Shown: one piece after another, positions 40,113-52,707 of the stretch
How positions within the stretch are numbered: position 1 is the first letter of the stretch
How the letters are laid out: the number at the start of each line of letters is the position of its first letter
Origin: Squalus acanthias
Lineage: Eukaryota
DNA: 64,000 bases
Reading direction: 5' to 3'
Assembly: GCA_030390025.1 (NCBI GenBank)
Contig: CM059441.1
Coordinates: 20,646,001 to 20,710,000 of the forward strand
Notes under the pieces: generated by a model
What the model saw: the letters and a program-made list of their open reading frames with translations, nothing else
What the model was told of the DNA's origin: nothing
Database searches by the model: none
Translations under genes and position numbers: made by a program

Positions 40113-40582
40113 GAAAGAAAGACTTGCAATTATAGAGCGCCTTTCACGACCACCGGATGCCCCAAAGCGCTTTACAGCCAATGAAGTACTTTTTGAAGTG
40201 TAGTCACTGTTGTAATGTAAGAAACGCAGCAGCCAATTAGCACACAGCAAGCTCCCACAAACAGCAATGTGATAAGGATCAGATAATCTGTTTCAGTGAT
40301 GTTGATTGAGGGATAAATATTGGCCAGGATACCAGGGGGAACTCCCCTGCTCTTCTTCAAAATAGTGGCCATGGGATCTTTTACGTCCTCCTGAGAGAGC
40401 AGACAGGGCCTCGGTTTAACGTCTCACCCGAAAGATGGCACCTCTGACAGTGCAGCACTCCCTCAGCACTGCACTGGAGTGCCAGCCTAGATATTTTGTG
40501 CTTAAGTCTCTGGAGTGGGACTTGGAACCCACAACCTTCTAACTCAGGGGCAAGGGTGCTACCCACTGAGCCATGGCTGACA
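40113..40582 (-). mobile_element. DeuSINE copy
   Basis: Same family. Confidence 0.88.
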
Positions 40583-41163
40583 CTGAGGGGGGTAATTGGT
40601 AGAAGAAGAAAGATCTTTGGCAATCCTCTCCTCGCCAGAGGTCAGGTTGAGTGGCTTGTGGGATACAAGGGAGAAATGGAGGGACCGTGAGACCTGGATT
40701 GATTGGAATAAAATATAAAAACAAATAAAAAATGCTCAGTGACCTGGTAACTCGGCGACTAAGTGTTTGAATCTTTCCTGCTCAGAAGATTGCAAGTTGC
40801 AATGCCAACGTTGCTAGCCATTCAAGATTTGCTTTGTTTGTTTCGCCAGTTCCTAGCTGCATCACTAGATGGAGTGCTGCTCCACAGCAAGATGTTCCAT
40901 ATCTGGAAGGAACATTCAACATTGGATCATGACATAATGAAAGTTTTCACGGGAAATGGTTAGGCCACAGTTAGAATACTGTGTATCGTTCTGAATACCC
41001 GATTATAGAAAGGAAATTGAAATCATGGGAATTATCATGGTATGCACTTCCCCAGCAGAAGAGAGGCAGAGTTTATCGATGAGTTTCTCCTGCACTCCTG
41101 TTATGCCCCTCTTGGCAGTTGGTTTCAGAGTGCCATTGGCGGACTCCAAGCGCACAGTTCAAT

Positions 41164-41913
41164 GGCCCGGATTTCTGAGACTGAAACTGTCAGCGTTCGC
41201 CATCAATACCCCTCTGAAACTGACCGCAACTTCAGGATTTAGCGCACACGCCTCTAAACACGGAAATCCTGAAGTTGCGGTCAGTCTATCACTGCTCCGA
41301 CACTGGCTGTGCTGTGCTCCCCCCGCAGCCCCCACAAGCCGACAATCAGTGAAATCAGTGAAACTGATGAAAACTTGGGCTTTTCCGCGGAAATATCGCT
41401 GTTAAAAACCCCATTAAAAGTTAGACCTTGTTGGAATAGGTGGGGTTTAACAGCGTACTGACTGCTAAACAACCGTTCTGGCCCTGAATAAGTAATTTTT
41501 ATATTTGTGGAGTGTCAAATTTCTCCATTGTGATAAAAATTACAATTTTTAAACAACTTATAAAATAATTTTAAAGTTTGTTCGTGTTTTTTTCAGCTTC
41601 TACCTTATCCCCATATGAAAGTCCCAAACTTTATTTTGCTCGCTGTAACTTTTTAAAACAGTCCGGATAAAAGCAACTTTTTATTTTCTGGCTCCCTGTC
41701 GGTGAGAATTCTACAATGCGATTGGCTGCTTGGACAGCTTGTTGACGTCACAGCATCTCTCCACTGGGAATCCCCATGACAGAGCGCTGCAATCAAACGC
41801 ACGTCGAGAAAGGCAAACTTCTCGCCACAGTGATCGCACGATCTCTGTGGCCAGCTTTCTTCGGGGCCAGCGGCGAGCGCCTTTGCTTCACCGCTGACCG
41901 CAAATTACGGGCC
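41164..41913. mobile_element. MITE (Harbinger-like termini)
   Basis: GGCCCGGATTT...AAATTACGGGCC; flanks AAT/ACT. Confidence 0.65.
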
Positions 41914-41949
41914 ACTATCTTCGCCCAAGGAATAATGTATGGTGTATAA

Positions 41950-42295
41950 GGAGATGTTAGAAAGATTCACCAGGTTGATACCAGGGATGGGAAAGTATAG
42001 TTATGAGGAGAGACGTGAGATACTGGGATTAGTTCCTCAGGAGCGGAGAAGGTTAAGCGATTTAATAGAGGTTTTTAAAATGACGAAGGGTTTTGATAGA
42101 GCGAATAGGGGAAAACTATTTCTTCTGGTTGGCATGTCAGTAACAAGGGATCATCGTTTCAAAATGGTCCCTGACAGAGTGACGAGAAACGGTTAGGAGT
42201 AATTTATTTACGCAAAGAAATGTTGGAGGGCAGAATGCTTTGCCACAGGAAAAGGTTGAGGCAGAGACCATTGTATCTTTGAAGGGAAAATTGCA
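41950..42295 (+). mobile_element. Degenerate CR1 fragment
   Basis: RFTRLIPGMGKYSYEERR. Confidence 0.8.
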
Positions 42296-43176
42296 TGGGC
42301 AATTATTGCATTTAACAGGATTCCTCTATCTAACTCATTCAAAAACTAGATTGATGTTTGAGTATTGGTAGAGTGATTCAGTTGAAATTGAGAGAATAAT
42401 TGTGCATTAATGGTCTGGGCAGTTTCACTGTCAAACAATAGAAAATGTACAAATGCTGATGTATATCTGTTTTGCCAAAGACCTGTTTAATGTTAAATAA
42501 ATAGATTGCTTTTGAACTTCCCTAGTTGGTATCCAAGGGCAGGAACACATCAGTCTACAACGTCCATTTCCTTTGCAAATTCTAATTAGCTTGGACAAAC
42601 ATGCTGTTATGAAGAGTAGGAATAATATACGTGATTATTTTTGCCGTTCCTAAAGGATGTAACCGTAAGTTGCAAAATATTTACACTCGTTTATGAGGTG
42701 GCGCAGTATGTTGGTGTGCGAACGAACATATTGTAGCTCTAGCTGGTAGGGTGTTAGTTTGTGTTACTGATTCCCCACTGGGCAAATTGCCAGTCTTGCT
42801 GGTGTGACCGAGAAGATGGGCTACTTGTATCTGGTGCCCTGTGAATGTCTCAGTATCAACTCTTCTACATTGCAACAGTGACTACACTTCAAAAGTACTT
42901 CATTGATTGTAAAGTGCTTTGGGACGTCCTGAGGTCGTGAAAGGCGCTATAGAAAGGCAAGTCTTTCTTTCTACATGGAGCATATTCAATGGAAATATCA
43001 AGTATAGAGAAATGCCTGATTTTTTCATCTAACATTGCAGAAGAGCCAATATTAAAGCGGACTTGTGGTGATGATGGAATAGCTCCCATATTATACACAT
43101 GAAATAAGACAAATATATATGTATCAGTGCTGTATATCTTGTATGTCTGGTTTCAAATAATACAATCAATATTTGT

Positions 43177-43278
43177 TCTGATGAAAGATCATCGACCTGA
43201 AACGTACTCTGTTTCTCTCTCTCCACAGACGCTGTCTGACCTGCTGAGTATTTCCAGCATTTTCTGTTTTTATTTCAG
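43177..43278 (+). mobile_element. ~100-bp Penelope-derived insertion starting at a hammerhead core, with an 11-bp TSD
   Basis: TCAATATTTGT at 43166-43176 and 43279-43289; CTGATGA at 43178-43184 ... GAAACGT. Confidence 0.7.
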
Positions 43279-44402
43279 TCAATATTTGTGATTTTTTTTC
43301 CATTCACAAGCTCTATATAAACCATCATACATGCACAATTGTATATAAAACAAAACTGGCATCTTCAAACCATTACCAACGATTGACAAAGTTACAATCT
43401 ATAATATAATAAAACCATATGCCTCGCGTGCATTTTCCTGTTCTTCACATTTCTCTGTTTGCTAGCTGCCACACTTCATGCATCACACATAAAAAAAAAA
43501 TAAGGAAATGAAAGGAGTCGCTTAGAATGTACAGAGAAACGCTCCAGGGACAACAGAAAGCAGAGTCAGAATATCTACAGCCTCTTAATTAACATTACCT
43601 AAGCCAAAGCCAGGGTGAATTTTTGTTCGGGAGGTAACTGAAAGTCGAAATATAAAGGGTCATTTCACATTCCCTCAGTGCTAGAGGGGAACTTCCCCTC
43701 ACAAGGGAGTGCAGTTCAGAGAACTGGGGCTACGGTTATTTTTCTGCTTAGGCTGCAGAATTAACCCATTTGTGAAATGGAAACGTTTTGTGATCCTTGT
43801 CACATCTCAATACAGGTTTGTCAGACAAGTTATGCTCCTCATGTATTTTTAGATTTTGCTACTTTGCAAAGTGAAAGTTGTTTCTCGGCATGTCCTGATA
43901 ACTCACGGTGTATAAATGAACCGCCCAGTGTGGAGACCTCCACACCAGGAATAGTCCCCGTTGAATTCCTGATCTGTGCTCAATTTTAATGGCCACCCAA
44001 ACAGAACATGGCCTCAGTCTCAACTGACGGATAGAACTGTTGACAACGTAGCGCTGAGTTGGAATGTCAGATTGCACTAAGCGTTAAGATCCTGGGGAGT
44101 GGCCCTTGAACAACAACGATTTGCATTTACATAGCGCCTTTAACGTAGTAAAATGCCCCAAGGCGCTCACAACCTTCAGACTCAGAGGTGAAAGTGCTAT
44201 CAGCACAGCCAAATTAACAAAGAGATATCAACGTTAGATTGTTTAGTGAGAGGCTGCACGGCCGCACAGCGTTCGAGAGGTCCCGCGCAGCCAGTGGGCC
44301 GGCTTTTAAATGCAGAAACCATGCATGCGCGGATTTTTGAATGGGCTGCGCAGAGGGAACATCGGAGAGGACGTGTGTGCATTTCTGCTTTATTGCATGC
44401 TT

Positions 44403-44915
44403 GATGCTTGAGGGAGTGCAGCGAAGGTTCACCAGACTGATTCCTGGGATGGCAGGACTGTCGTATGAGGAGAGATTGGGTCGACAAGGCCTGTATTCAC
44501 TAGAGTTTAGAAGAATGAGAGGGGATCTCATTGAAACGTATAAAATTCTGACAGGGCTAGACAGACTGGATGCAGGGAGGATGTTTCCCCTGGCTGGGGG
44601 GGGTCTAGAACGAGGGGTCACAGTCTCAGGATACGGGGTAGGACATTTAGGACTGAGATGAGGAGAAGTTTCTTCACTCAGAGGGTGGTGAACCTGTGGA
44701 ATTCTCTACCACAGAAGGCTGTGGAGGCCAAGTCACTGAATATATTTAAGAAGGAGATAGATAGATTTCTAGACACAAAAGGCATCAAGGGGTATGGGGA
44801 GAGAGCGGGAATATGGTATTGAGATAGAGGATCAGCCATGATCATATTGAATGGCGGAGCAGGCTCGAAGGTCCGAATGGCCGACTCCTGCTCCTATTTT
44901 TCTATGTTTCTATGT
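44403..44915 (+). mobile_element. CR1/HER1-type LINE 3' fragment
   Basis: LEGVQRRFTRLIPGMAGLSYEERL. Confidence 0.9.
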
Positions 44916-45210
44916 ACAAGATATCTGTTTGTTTCAAATGATAATGACACATACTTCAAAAATGAATATTCAAAGGGTCAAATCACTGTTGATGACCAAA
45001 GCCGTAATTTCTCAATTATAGAAAAAGTGACATGACAGTTACTCAATAGATCTGCAGAAAAAAATTGCTTTAAAACGTATCTAAGTTCACATAGACAATC
45101 TTCTTGAGAAGCACTATAACAGGAGCTTGTTCTTTTGAAGCCGTGTTCAAGGCGCATTACTGGGGTTGTATGGAAGGGGACTCACATTGTTCCTTTTTTG
45201 GTTCATTTCA

Positions 45211-45378
45211 TTATGAACTGAAAAACACTGCAGAATATTCCACAGTTTCCGCGGCATCTCGACCATTGGCTGTTCCTTGGGCTTTAAGATCCTGAACATT
45301 ACTGTAAGTATTTTCCACATCAGCTCTGGGAAGGATCTTCACAGTGGAGTACGTCACTTCCTTATCTTCCTTCGAAAA
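45211..45378 (-). CDS. Gene B exon 6, signalling tail FSKEDKEVTYSTVKILPRADVENTYSNVQDLKAQGTANGRDAAETVEYSAVFFSS*
   Basis: ORF 45211..45405; ITIMs VTYSTV and VEYSAV. Confidence 0.9.
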   Translation of the reverse strand, partial: FSKEDKEVTYSTVKILPRADVENTYSNVQDLKAQGTANGRDAAETVEYSAVFFSS

Positions 45379-45736
45379 CTGAGACAAATGGAAAACTGTC
45401 ACCACAGCGATGGCACAACGTTAACCAAACTCACAGCTTTTATCATAACCAATAAATATTAAAACTGCAAATTCTGTTCTGTGTTACTGTCTACTGTACA
45501 CATTATATATATTTACAGAAGCCCAATTTTCCCTCATTCATTTCTGTGGGAGATTATTTATTTTAAAGTTGAGAAACTTGGGTGAAGGGCCAAGGTCCAG
45601 AATAGAGGACCTCATCAAGGTTGAAAAGGATGGAAGAGAAGCTGAGATAAGTCAGAAAGTAAAGGAAGAAGGAACTTGCACAATGTGGTATCTTTCACGA
45701 CCTCAGGACGTCCCAAACCGTTTTACAGTCAATTAA

Positions 45737-45920
45737 GACCCTCATGCCCTCGACCCTCAAGTACCCCGACCTTCGCGCACCCCAATCCTTACGCCCCTGA
45801 CCCTCGCGTCCTCTATCCTTGTGCCCCGACCCTCGTGCCCCCGACACTCGTGCCCCTCCAACCCTTGCATCCATGACCCTCATGCCCCGACTCTTGTGCC
45901 CCCTGACTCTAGCACCCCTC
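45737..45920. repeat. Degenerate ~16-bp C-rich minisatellite (ccccgaccctcgtgcc-like)
   Basis: About ten imperfect tandem units. Confidence 0.65.
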
Positions 45921-46503
45921 CCCCCATCTTTCTCGCCTCCCTGGTCTCTAGCTCCTCCCCAATCAATAATTGTTTCCAGCTCTCATACGTCCCGACTCTC
46001 ATGCGCCCCCCCCCCCCCCCCATCTCTCTCGTCCCTAGGACTCTGGCTCCCCCACGATCCCCGATTGTTTCCGGCACACCAGCCGGTCCCGGCTCTGGGG
46101 CACTGCTACATGCCCCATTCCGGGAGACCCCCCGGGCAATCCAGATACATTGGCAGTCCTGTGAGAACTGCCCCAAGCACTGAGCCTACTGCCCTTAGTG
46201 CCATCTCTCGGTTTGCTTCAGGTTGGTCTGTGCCGGCCGGTTTTGATGTGCGAAGCCCTAGTACAGATCGGCTCTGACTGAGGTTCCCAATTCAGAGTTG
46301 TCACTTTCACACGGAACCAGAGTCCAGGGAGATAGGGAGAGAGATTGGGCCTGTTAAATGTGGCATCGACTGGGGAGCCTGACCCCACCTTGTGCAGTGC
46401 AGGGGGATTCTAGCTGTCGTTTCAGGGTTAGAGGATTACTACTAGTTATAGGTAGGATATTGTGGCACTACACCTATTAATACCAGTTACGTATAGACTC
46501 AGT

Positions 46504-47489
46504 GGCCGGAATTTTCTCAAGGGAGGTGGGTTGGGGCGGGGGGCCTCTGAGGCCGGGTTTCACGCAGGCCCTGCCGACTTTAATGGCAGGGCCTGATTTG
46601 AATGTGAGGCCTCAGATTCACGCCCGCAGCCAGCCAGAGTGGGAGGCTGGGTGGCTGCGGCCGGGTAGGCCTCAGATGCGAGAGGTCGGTCCGGGGGGTG
46701 GGGTCGTGGGGTCGGCATGGTCGGGGATCGGGGTGGGTGTCGGGGGTTGCCTGGGTGGGGTTCGGCCGGAAGATAGGCAGGAGGTCGGGGATCGGTAGGG
46801 TGTTGGAGGATCGGCAAGGGATCGGGGGGGGGGTGGAGGGGAGTTGGAGGACCCAGGAGGTGGGGGGTTGGCCGGGAATCGGAGGGATTGGGGAACGGCG
46901 GCGGGGGTGGTGGTTAGAGATCGGCATGAGCTAGGTCGGGAATCGGGGTGGGGTGTCGGGGATCGCAGTGGGTTGATGGGGGTGGTGGTGGGGGAAGAGA
47001 GGATCAGGGCCAGACACCGGAGAATCGTGGCCAGCCTCAGCATCATTGGTGAGGTGGTGGGGGAGGCCTCATGGTGGGAGTCGGAGGCCAGAGGAGGCAA
47101 TCGGAGGCCTCGTGGGGGGGTCTCTGATCATGGGGGGTGGGTTAGATAGGGAGTCTGGATCCAGCAGGTAGGTATAAAGTCACTTACCTCTTGGAGGCAG
47201 CAGTCCACGCCTCGATTTAACTGCCGGGTTTCACGAATTGTGTGAAACCCGTCCATGTGCAGTTAAATTCAAAATGGAGGTGAAAAAAGTGGCTTCCAGC
47301 CTCATTACAATATTTAAATTAAGGTACCGTCCCTTGGCAGCGGGTTGGCTGCCCCCACCCCCGTCCTGCCTCCATTAAAACCGGAAGTGGGCAGGTTGGA
47401 GACGGGATCAGGTCAGGAATCCCATTTTTAACAATTTAACAGCCCCCACGCTCCAAACCCATTCGTTTTTTTAGGGGTAAATTCCGGAC
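46504..47489. mobile_element. Harbinger-like MITE with a G-rich core
   Basis: GGCCGGAATTT...AAATTCCGGAC; AGT duplicated at 46501-46503 and 47490-47492. Confidence 0.72.
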
Positions 47490-47997
47490 AGTGACTTATT
47501 CTATTACTTTCACTTATGAGGGGAATCTGAGTGTTACCAGTATTGCTATCAGTTATCAGCACAATTCCAGTGAGTCACTATTAGTTACTGGTGGAATCGT
47601 AGTTCCTGCCACCTGGCTTAACCGCTGCAAATCGCTCCCCCACCTTTGATATCTACTCCTCCCTGCTCTATGTTTCCCCTCTTGGCCTGCTCACAGGAGG
47701 CCGCCTGGTCTTGGAATATCTCGCACAACAGCTGCAGGTTTGAACCCACGAGCAACAATATTCAACTACAGGGGACCCAACCGTTGTAAGGTAAGCGCAA
47801 AAACATTTGCAGATCTTGCGTGATTGGACGTCACGCGATCGGAGGTCACGTGATCGGAGGTCACGCGATCAAGTGTCGAGTGGCCAGGAGGTCACGCGAT
47901 CAAATCTCCAGGAGTGCATCCAACCAGAGTTGGCAACCCTCTCCCGGGGCGTACTGCCACCTTCCGCATTTGTGGGTCTGACGTGGCATCATCTTAC

Positions 47998-48050
47998 CTT
48001 GCAGTTTACAGCAGGATTTTCCACCCCAGTAATGTTCCGTTCATTTGTGC
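47998..48050 (-). CDS. Gene B exon 5, cytoplasmic GTNERNITGVENPAVNCK
   Basis: ttttatag/gtaag; phase 1-0. Confidence 0.8.
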
Positions 48051-48599
48051 CTATAAAATAAAATATATGCTTTATAGAAATGTTACTCATCTGAAAGATA
48101 GAAGAAGGAACTTGCAGTTATGTAGTGCCTTATCACATCCTTCGGAGGTCCCATTGGATTACAGAATCCATTGGTTGCTAAGGAACTTGATTCATAAATT
48201 AGTCTATTGGGGCACAATATTAAACCTCTTGCAAAAACTCAAATGCCCAGGAAGGGCACAAAGGAGCCAACGTTCCTATTCCTGCACCTGGGCATATTGG
48301 ATCACACAGGAGCTGCGTATAGAGGAGGTTTGGGTAGGGAGGAGTGCGCGCCCATATGTTTGCCTACCCAATCCTCTCTATGCACCGCGCATAGGTGATC
48401 CAATATACCCAGGCACAGTAACAAGGACCTCTCCCCCACAATGGTATTAACTCCTTACATTGTTTGGATTAAAATGATCAGAAACGAACATAGTTTTCTC
48501 ACTGATACAATAGCAAAATACTGCGGATGCTGGAAAACTGAAATCAAAAGAAAGCGCTGGAAAAACTCAGCAGGCCAGGCAACATCCGTGGAGAGAGAA

Positions 48600-49345
48600 G
48601 AATCTTATATGTTTCAATGAGATCACCTCTCATTCTTCTAAATTCCAGAGAGTATAGGCCCAATCTACTCAATCTCTCCTCATAGGACAAACCTCTCATC
48701 TCAGGAATCAATCTAGTGCACCTTTGTTGCATCGCCTCTGAGGCATGTATGTCCTTTCTCAGTTAAGGAGACCAAAACTGTGCACAGTACTCCGGGTATG
48801 GTCTCACCAAAGCCCTGTTCAACTGTAGTAAAGCTTCCTTACTCTTGTACTCCAACCCCTTTGGAATAAAGGCCAACATGCCATTTGTCTTCCTAATTGC
48901 TTGCTGTACCTGCATTCTAACGCTCTGTGATTCCTGTACGAGGATACCTCAATCTCTGAGCATAGTTTCTCACCATTTAAAAAAATATTCTGTTTTTCTA
49001 TTCTTCCTACCCAAGTGAATTGACTCACATTTCCCCACATTATACTTCATCTGCCAACTTATTGCCCACTCACTTAACCTGTCTATATCCCTTTGCAGGC
49101 TCTTTGTGTCCTCCTCACAGCTTACCTTCCCACCTAGCTTTGTATCGTCAGCAAACTTGGATACATTGCACTCGGTCCCTTCATCTAAGTCATTAATATA
49201 GATTGTAAATAGCTGAGGCCCCAACACTGATCCTTGCGGTACCCCACTAGTTACAGCCTGCCAACCTGAAAATGACGCGTTTATCCCATCTCTCTGTTTT
49301 CTGTCCGTTAACCAATCCTCTATCCATACTAATATATTACCCCCT
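48600..49345 (-). mobile_element. CR1-type LINE RT fragment
   Basis: LGPQLFTIYINDLDEG...KFADDTKLGG. Confidence 0.92.
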
Positions 49346-49400
49346 GTATTTTAAATACGGTTGCTCTTGATTTTTAATTTTTGTATTGGACTGAACTTAC

Positions 49401-49516
49401 CACTTTTCTTCGGCTGTTTTATTTTTACGCAAAGAATAACAGCAGCAACGAGCAGTAGGAAGATGATCACCACGACTACTGAAAGAATGACATGCCACGG
49501 AAACGCACCTTGCTTA
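49401..49516 (-). CDS. Gene B exon 4, transmembrane KQGAFPWHVILSVVVVIIFLLLVAAVILCVKIKQPKKS
   Basis: tttgcag/gtaag; phase 2-1; no Lys/Arg/Asp/Glu in the hydrophobic core. Confidence 0.88.
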
Positions 49517-50615
49517 CTGCAAAATACAAGTGAGATATATGGAGCATGAGATAGGCAGAGCTGAGGTAATTACACAACAAGAACAACTTTATTCCTCACC
49601 AGTCTTGTTCATTGTGTTTCAATCTGATCACGTATAAATGAGAAATACATTTTAAAGTTGCTATATCTGTAAAAAAAAGACTTACATTTCTATAGCGCCT
49701 TTCACGACCACCAGACGTCCCAAAGCGCTTTACAGCCAATGAAGTACTTTTTGAAGTGTAGTCACTGTTGTAATGTAGGAAACATGGCAGCCACTTTGCA
49801 CACAGCAAGCTCCCACAAACAACAAAGTGATAATGACCAGATAATCTGTTTTTTAGTGATGTTGGTTGAGGGATAAATATTGGCCAGGACACCTCTTCAA
49901 AATAGTGCCATGGGATTTTTTACGTCCATCTGAGAGAGCAGACTCGGTTTAACGTCTGATCCGAAAGATGCAATCTCCTCAGCACTGCACTGGTGTGTTA
50001 GCCTAGATTTTTGTGCTCAAGTCCCTGGGGTGAGACTTGAACCCACGGTTTTCTGACTCAGAGTTGAGAGTGCTACCCACTTTTTTAAATATATTATTTA
50101 TTGAACATTAAAAACATTTACAACATCGTGATCATTCCATTGTATCATACAAATCCATTCCGCCGCTCTGCACAGCCATTCCTCCACCACATATTAACAT
50201 CAAAACCTGAAATGTAATTTGTCTCCCATAACATATACTAATCTATTGTACTTTAAAAATTGATCAGTAATCATGGCTCCGAAGAAGGGAAGTGTGCCTG
50301 ATAATCCCCCCATCATTTAATCTCCAGCCTATCCCTCCTCTCATGCTCCTTCCCAACTTTTCGGCCAGCTGTTGCTTTCTCCTGCCGTCTCCGGCTCTTT
50401 TTCACCTCCTGTTTGAATCTTCCCTGCAGTTTCAGCCTCTTCCTTACATTAGGTTTGGGCTAAGGAGCTGCCCCTTCTCCCTCCTTCTGCCCCTCACTAA
50501 CCTTTCCCTTTCCACATGATGCCACCTCACCCCCCACTTCCCTGTCTCTGTCCCCCACTGAATCCTCGCTCTCGAGCTCTTCTGTAACCTCCTGTTCCTG
50601 CTCCCCGTCAGATAT

Positions 50616-51430
50616 GGGCTGGATTTTGTCTTGGGGTCGGGTTGGGGTCGTGTTATCCGCATTTCGTGTTCCCCCCCCGACTCCAGATTAATGTGGATGA
50701 ATGATGCAATTTTCACTTAATTGGGCAATTGAGTTCCAGCATGTGGGAACCCATGAACCAATTAGTGGTTTCAGTCTGAAAGTCGCCTCTGATGATGTCA
50801 TCATTGCTGCTGCATTGCAGGTCAGAGACTGACTGCCTGGCTGTTGGTGAGAGAGGACCTGGATGCAAAATAGAGAGATATAGNNNNNNNNNNNNNNNNN
50901 NNNNNNNNNNNNNNNNNNNNNNNNNNNNNNNNNNNNNNNNNNNNNNNNNNNNNNNNNNNNNNNNNNNNNNNNNNNNNNNNNNNNNNNNNNNNNNNNNNNN
51001 NNNNNNNNNNNNNNNNNNNNNNNNNNNNNNNNTCACAGCAAAGGCCATGCAGTCTCCATCAGAGGCGACTTTCAGATCTAATACTACTACCTGCATCACA
51101 TCTCCATTGTAATAGTGGACCTGCAGCTGATAGTCAGCTATCCACTTGTGCTCCCGCCAGGTTTCACTGGAGTGTTTCACATCAGGCGTACTTCATGTCG
51201 GAAAAGGGTTAAACTAGCTAAAACGTTTCAAAATGGCATTACAGAGCCAATTTAGGCTTGTTAAGGGCTTTAATGGCCTCTCCCGCCTCTTGGAGGTGAG
51301 TCGGGAACCCCGCGACTGATTTTGTCCAAATTGCGTGGAGTCGGGATGGGGTCGGGACCCCCGACCCCGCAAATTTAACCACCCCACACACCTCCAAACC
51401 CGACTCCATGGGTCATTCAAAATCCAGCCC
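50616..51430. mobile_element. DNA-transposon MITE nested in the ORF1 tail; encloses the assembly gap
   Basis: Perfect 13-bp TIRs GGGCTGGATTTTG / CAAAATCCAGCCC. Confidence 0.75.
50884..51032. other. Assembly gap (149 N)
   Basis: Run of N. Confidence 1.
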
Positions 51431-52002
51431 ATAATCTCCCTTAGAGAGTCTTCCTGCTATCACGGTTTCTCCAACAGTGCCACTCCCTTCGGCCTCATCT
51501 CCACCGCTGACCCTTGCTCCCCGTTTCTTCTCTCTCTGAGACAATGGCGCATCTGCACCTATTTTGCCCCCTTCTGGCGTCTCCCCGTTCCTGTCCTGCT
51601 GCCCCTTTAAGGCTCCTGCCTCTTGCACCCTCTCCTTGTCTTGCCCCCTCCTGCTCCCCGAGATGTCCAACTCCCCGTCTTTCTTTGGAATACTTACACT
51701 TGCCCCGCACCCGCTCCCACCTCCTCTCCCCCCGCGGACACCACATTCTTTAGGGAGAGCCGAGCCGTATTATGGCTCGACTTGTGCTGCCCGCTGCTGT
51801 CTTTGTCCTTTTTCACCGTACTTGGTGTGTTTTCCACCATCTGCATCCTGTTCTCTGATCTGCAATTTTCTGCCTATTCCTCCGCTCTTTTCTCCTTCCA
51901 TTCGCCAGCTGTGTCCTCTGCCTGCTCTGCCCCTCCAACCGCTCCACTCACACCTCCTGCTCCTTCTCATTCTCTCATCTCCTCCACCCATCTTCTCATC
52001 AC

Positions 52003-52707
52003 TCAAGGAGCTTTCTCTGCCTCACACTCACAGCGGGTGGGGCCTTTGTGACACGCCCCACAGCTCTCCGCCTTGCAGCTCTGAGCGATGTGTCCAGACT
52101 CGCCGCAGTTATAACAGTACAAGTCTGGACAGCTTCTTACAAGATGGTCGTGTCCAAGACAATAATAACAAACTTTCACCTGGTTATCATGCAGTACCCG
52201 GAAGTACTGCACTCCTTCCATTGTCTCGAATTTCATGCTATACAGCAATAACTTCACCCCCTCTGGGAACCGTACCTTTACATAACGGGTTCCATCTGCT
52301 ACCCGCGTTCCTGGATAGTATCTCCTCTTTATTGCCGAGCAAATTTTAATGTCCCACGACTCCAACTTTTTTATTAGCACATCATCCTCAATATAAACCG
52401 GCAGGTTTAAGAATGAGACCATCACCTCGTCAGAACATAGCAGAGATACCTCCAAGAACTTATCTCCAACCTTCAAACTGAGTAAAAGTCTTTCCACCTC
52501 CTCCCGGCCACTGGCCGTCACCTCGAACCCAACATTTGGCTTTGGTCGGCAGGCAAAGCAGCTTCCCTCGCCGCAGTCCTCATGTACCGCCTGGATAATA
52601 TCCCAAGCTCGTATCTCCTTATCCTCACACTGAACCACCACCATGTTTTTCTTTCCAAACCTCCTGGGGTCCCTTCCCCCAACATTTTCTTCCCTGATTA
52701 AATTCAT
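52003..52707 (-). CDS. Tx1-type ORF1p (ZCCHC3-like): RRM-like region plus CCHC knuckles CYYCLGHDHLVRSC and CYNCGESGHIAQSC
   Basis: ORF track 52003..52782; likely start MNLIREEN at 52707; motifs VSFLNLPVYIED and GTRVADGTRYVKVRFP. Confidence 0.85.
   Translation of the reverse strand: MNLIREENVGGRDPRRFGKKNMVVVQCEDKEIRAWDIIQAVHEDCGEGSCFACRPKPNVGFEVTASGREEVERLLLSLKVGDKFLEVSLLCSDEVMVSFLNLPVYIEDDVLIKKLESWDIKICSAIKRRYYPGTRVADGTRYVKVRFPEGVKLLLYSMKFETMEGVQYFRVLHDNQVKVCYYCLGHDHLVRSCPDLYCYNCGESGHIAQSCKAESCGACHKGPTRCECEAEKAP

Noticed and set aside
45819-47149. Pro/Gly-rich ORFs in several frames
   Set aside because: Artefacts of GC-skewed repeats inside an intron
47821-47940. 15-bp tandem gatcggaggtcacgc repeats as a CRISPR-like or CLEAR-box array
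   Set aside because: No spacers and a eukaryotic context; ends in gttggcaaccct, typical of a transposon terminus
51564-52349. 261-aa + strand ORF
   Set aside because: Antisense shadow of the purine-rich ORF1 region; low-complexity Pro/Leu/Ser with no domain
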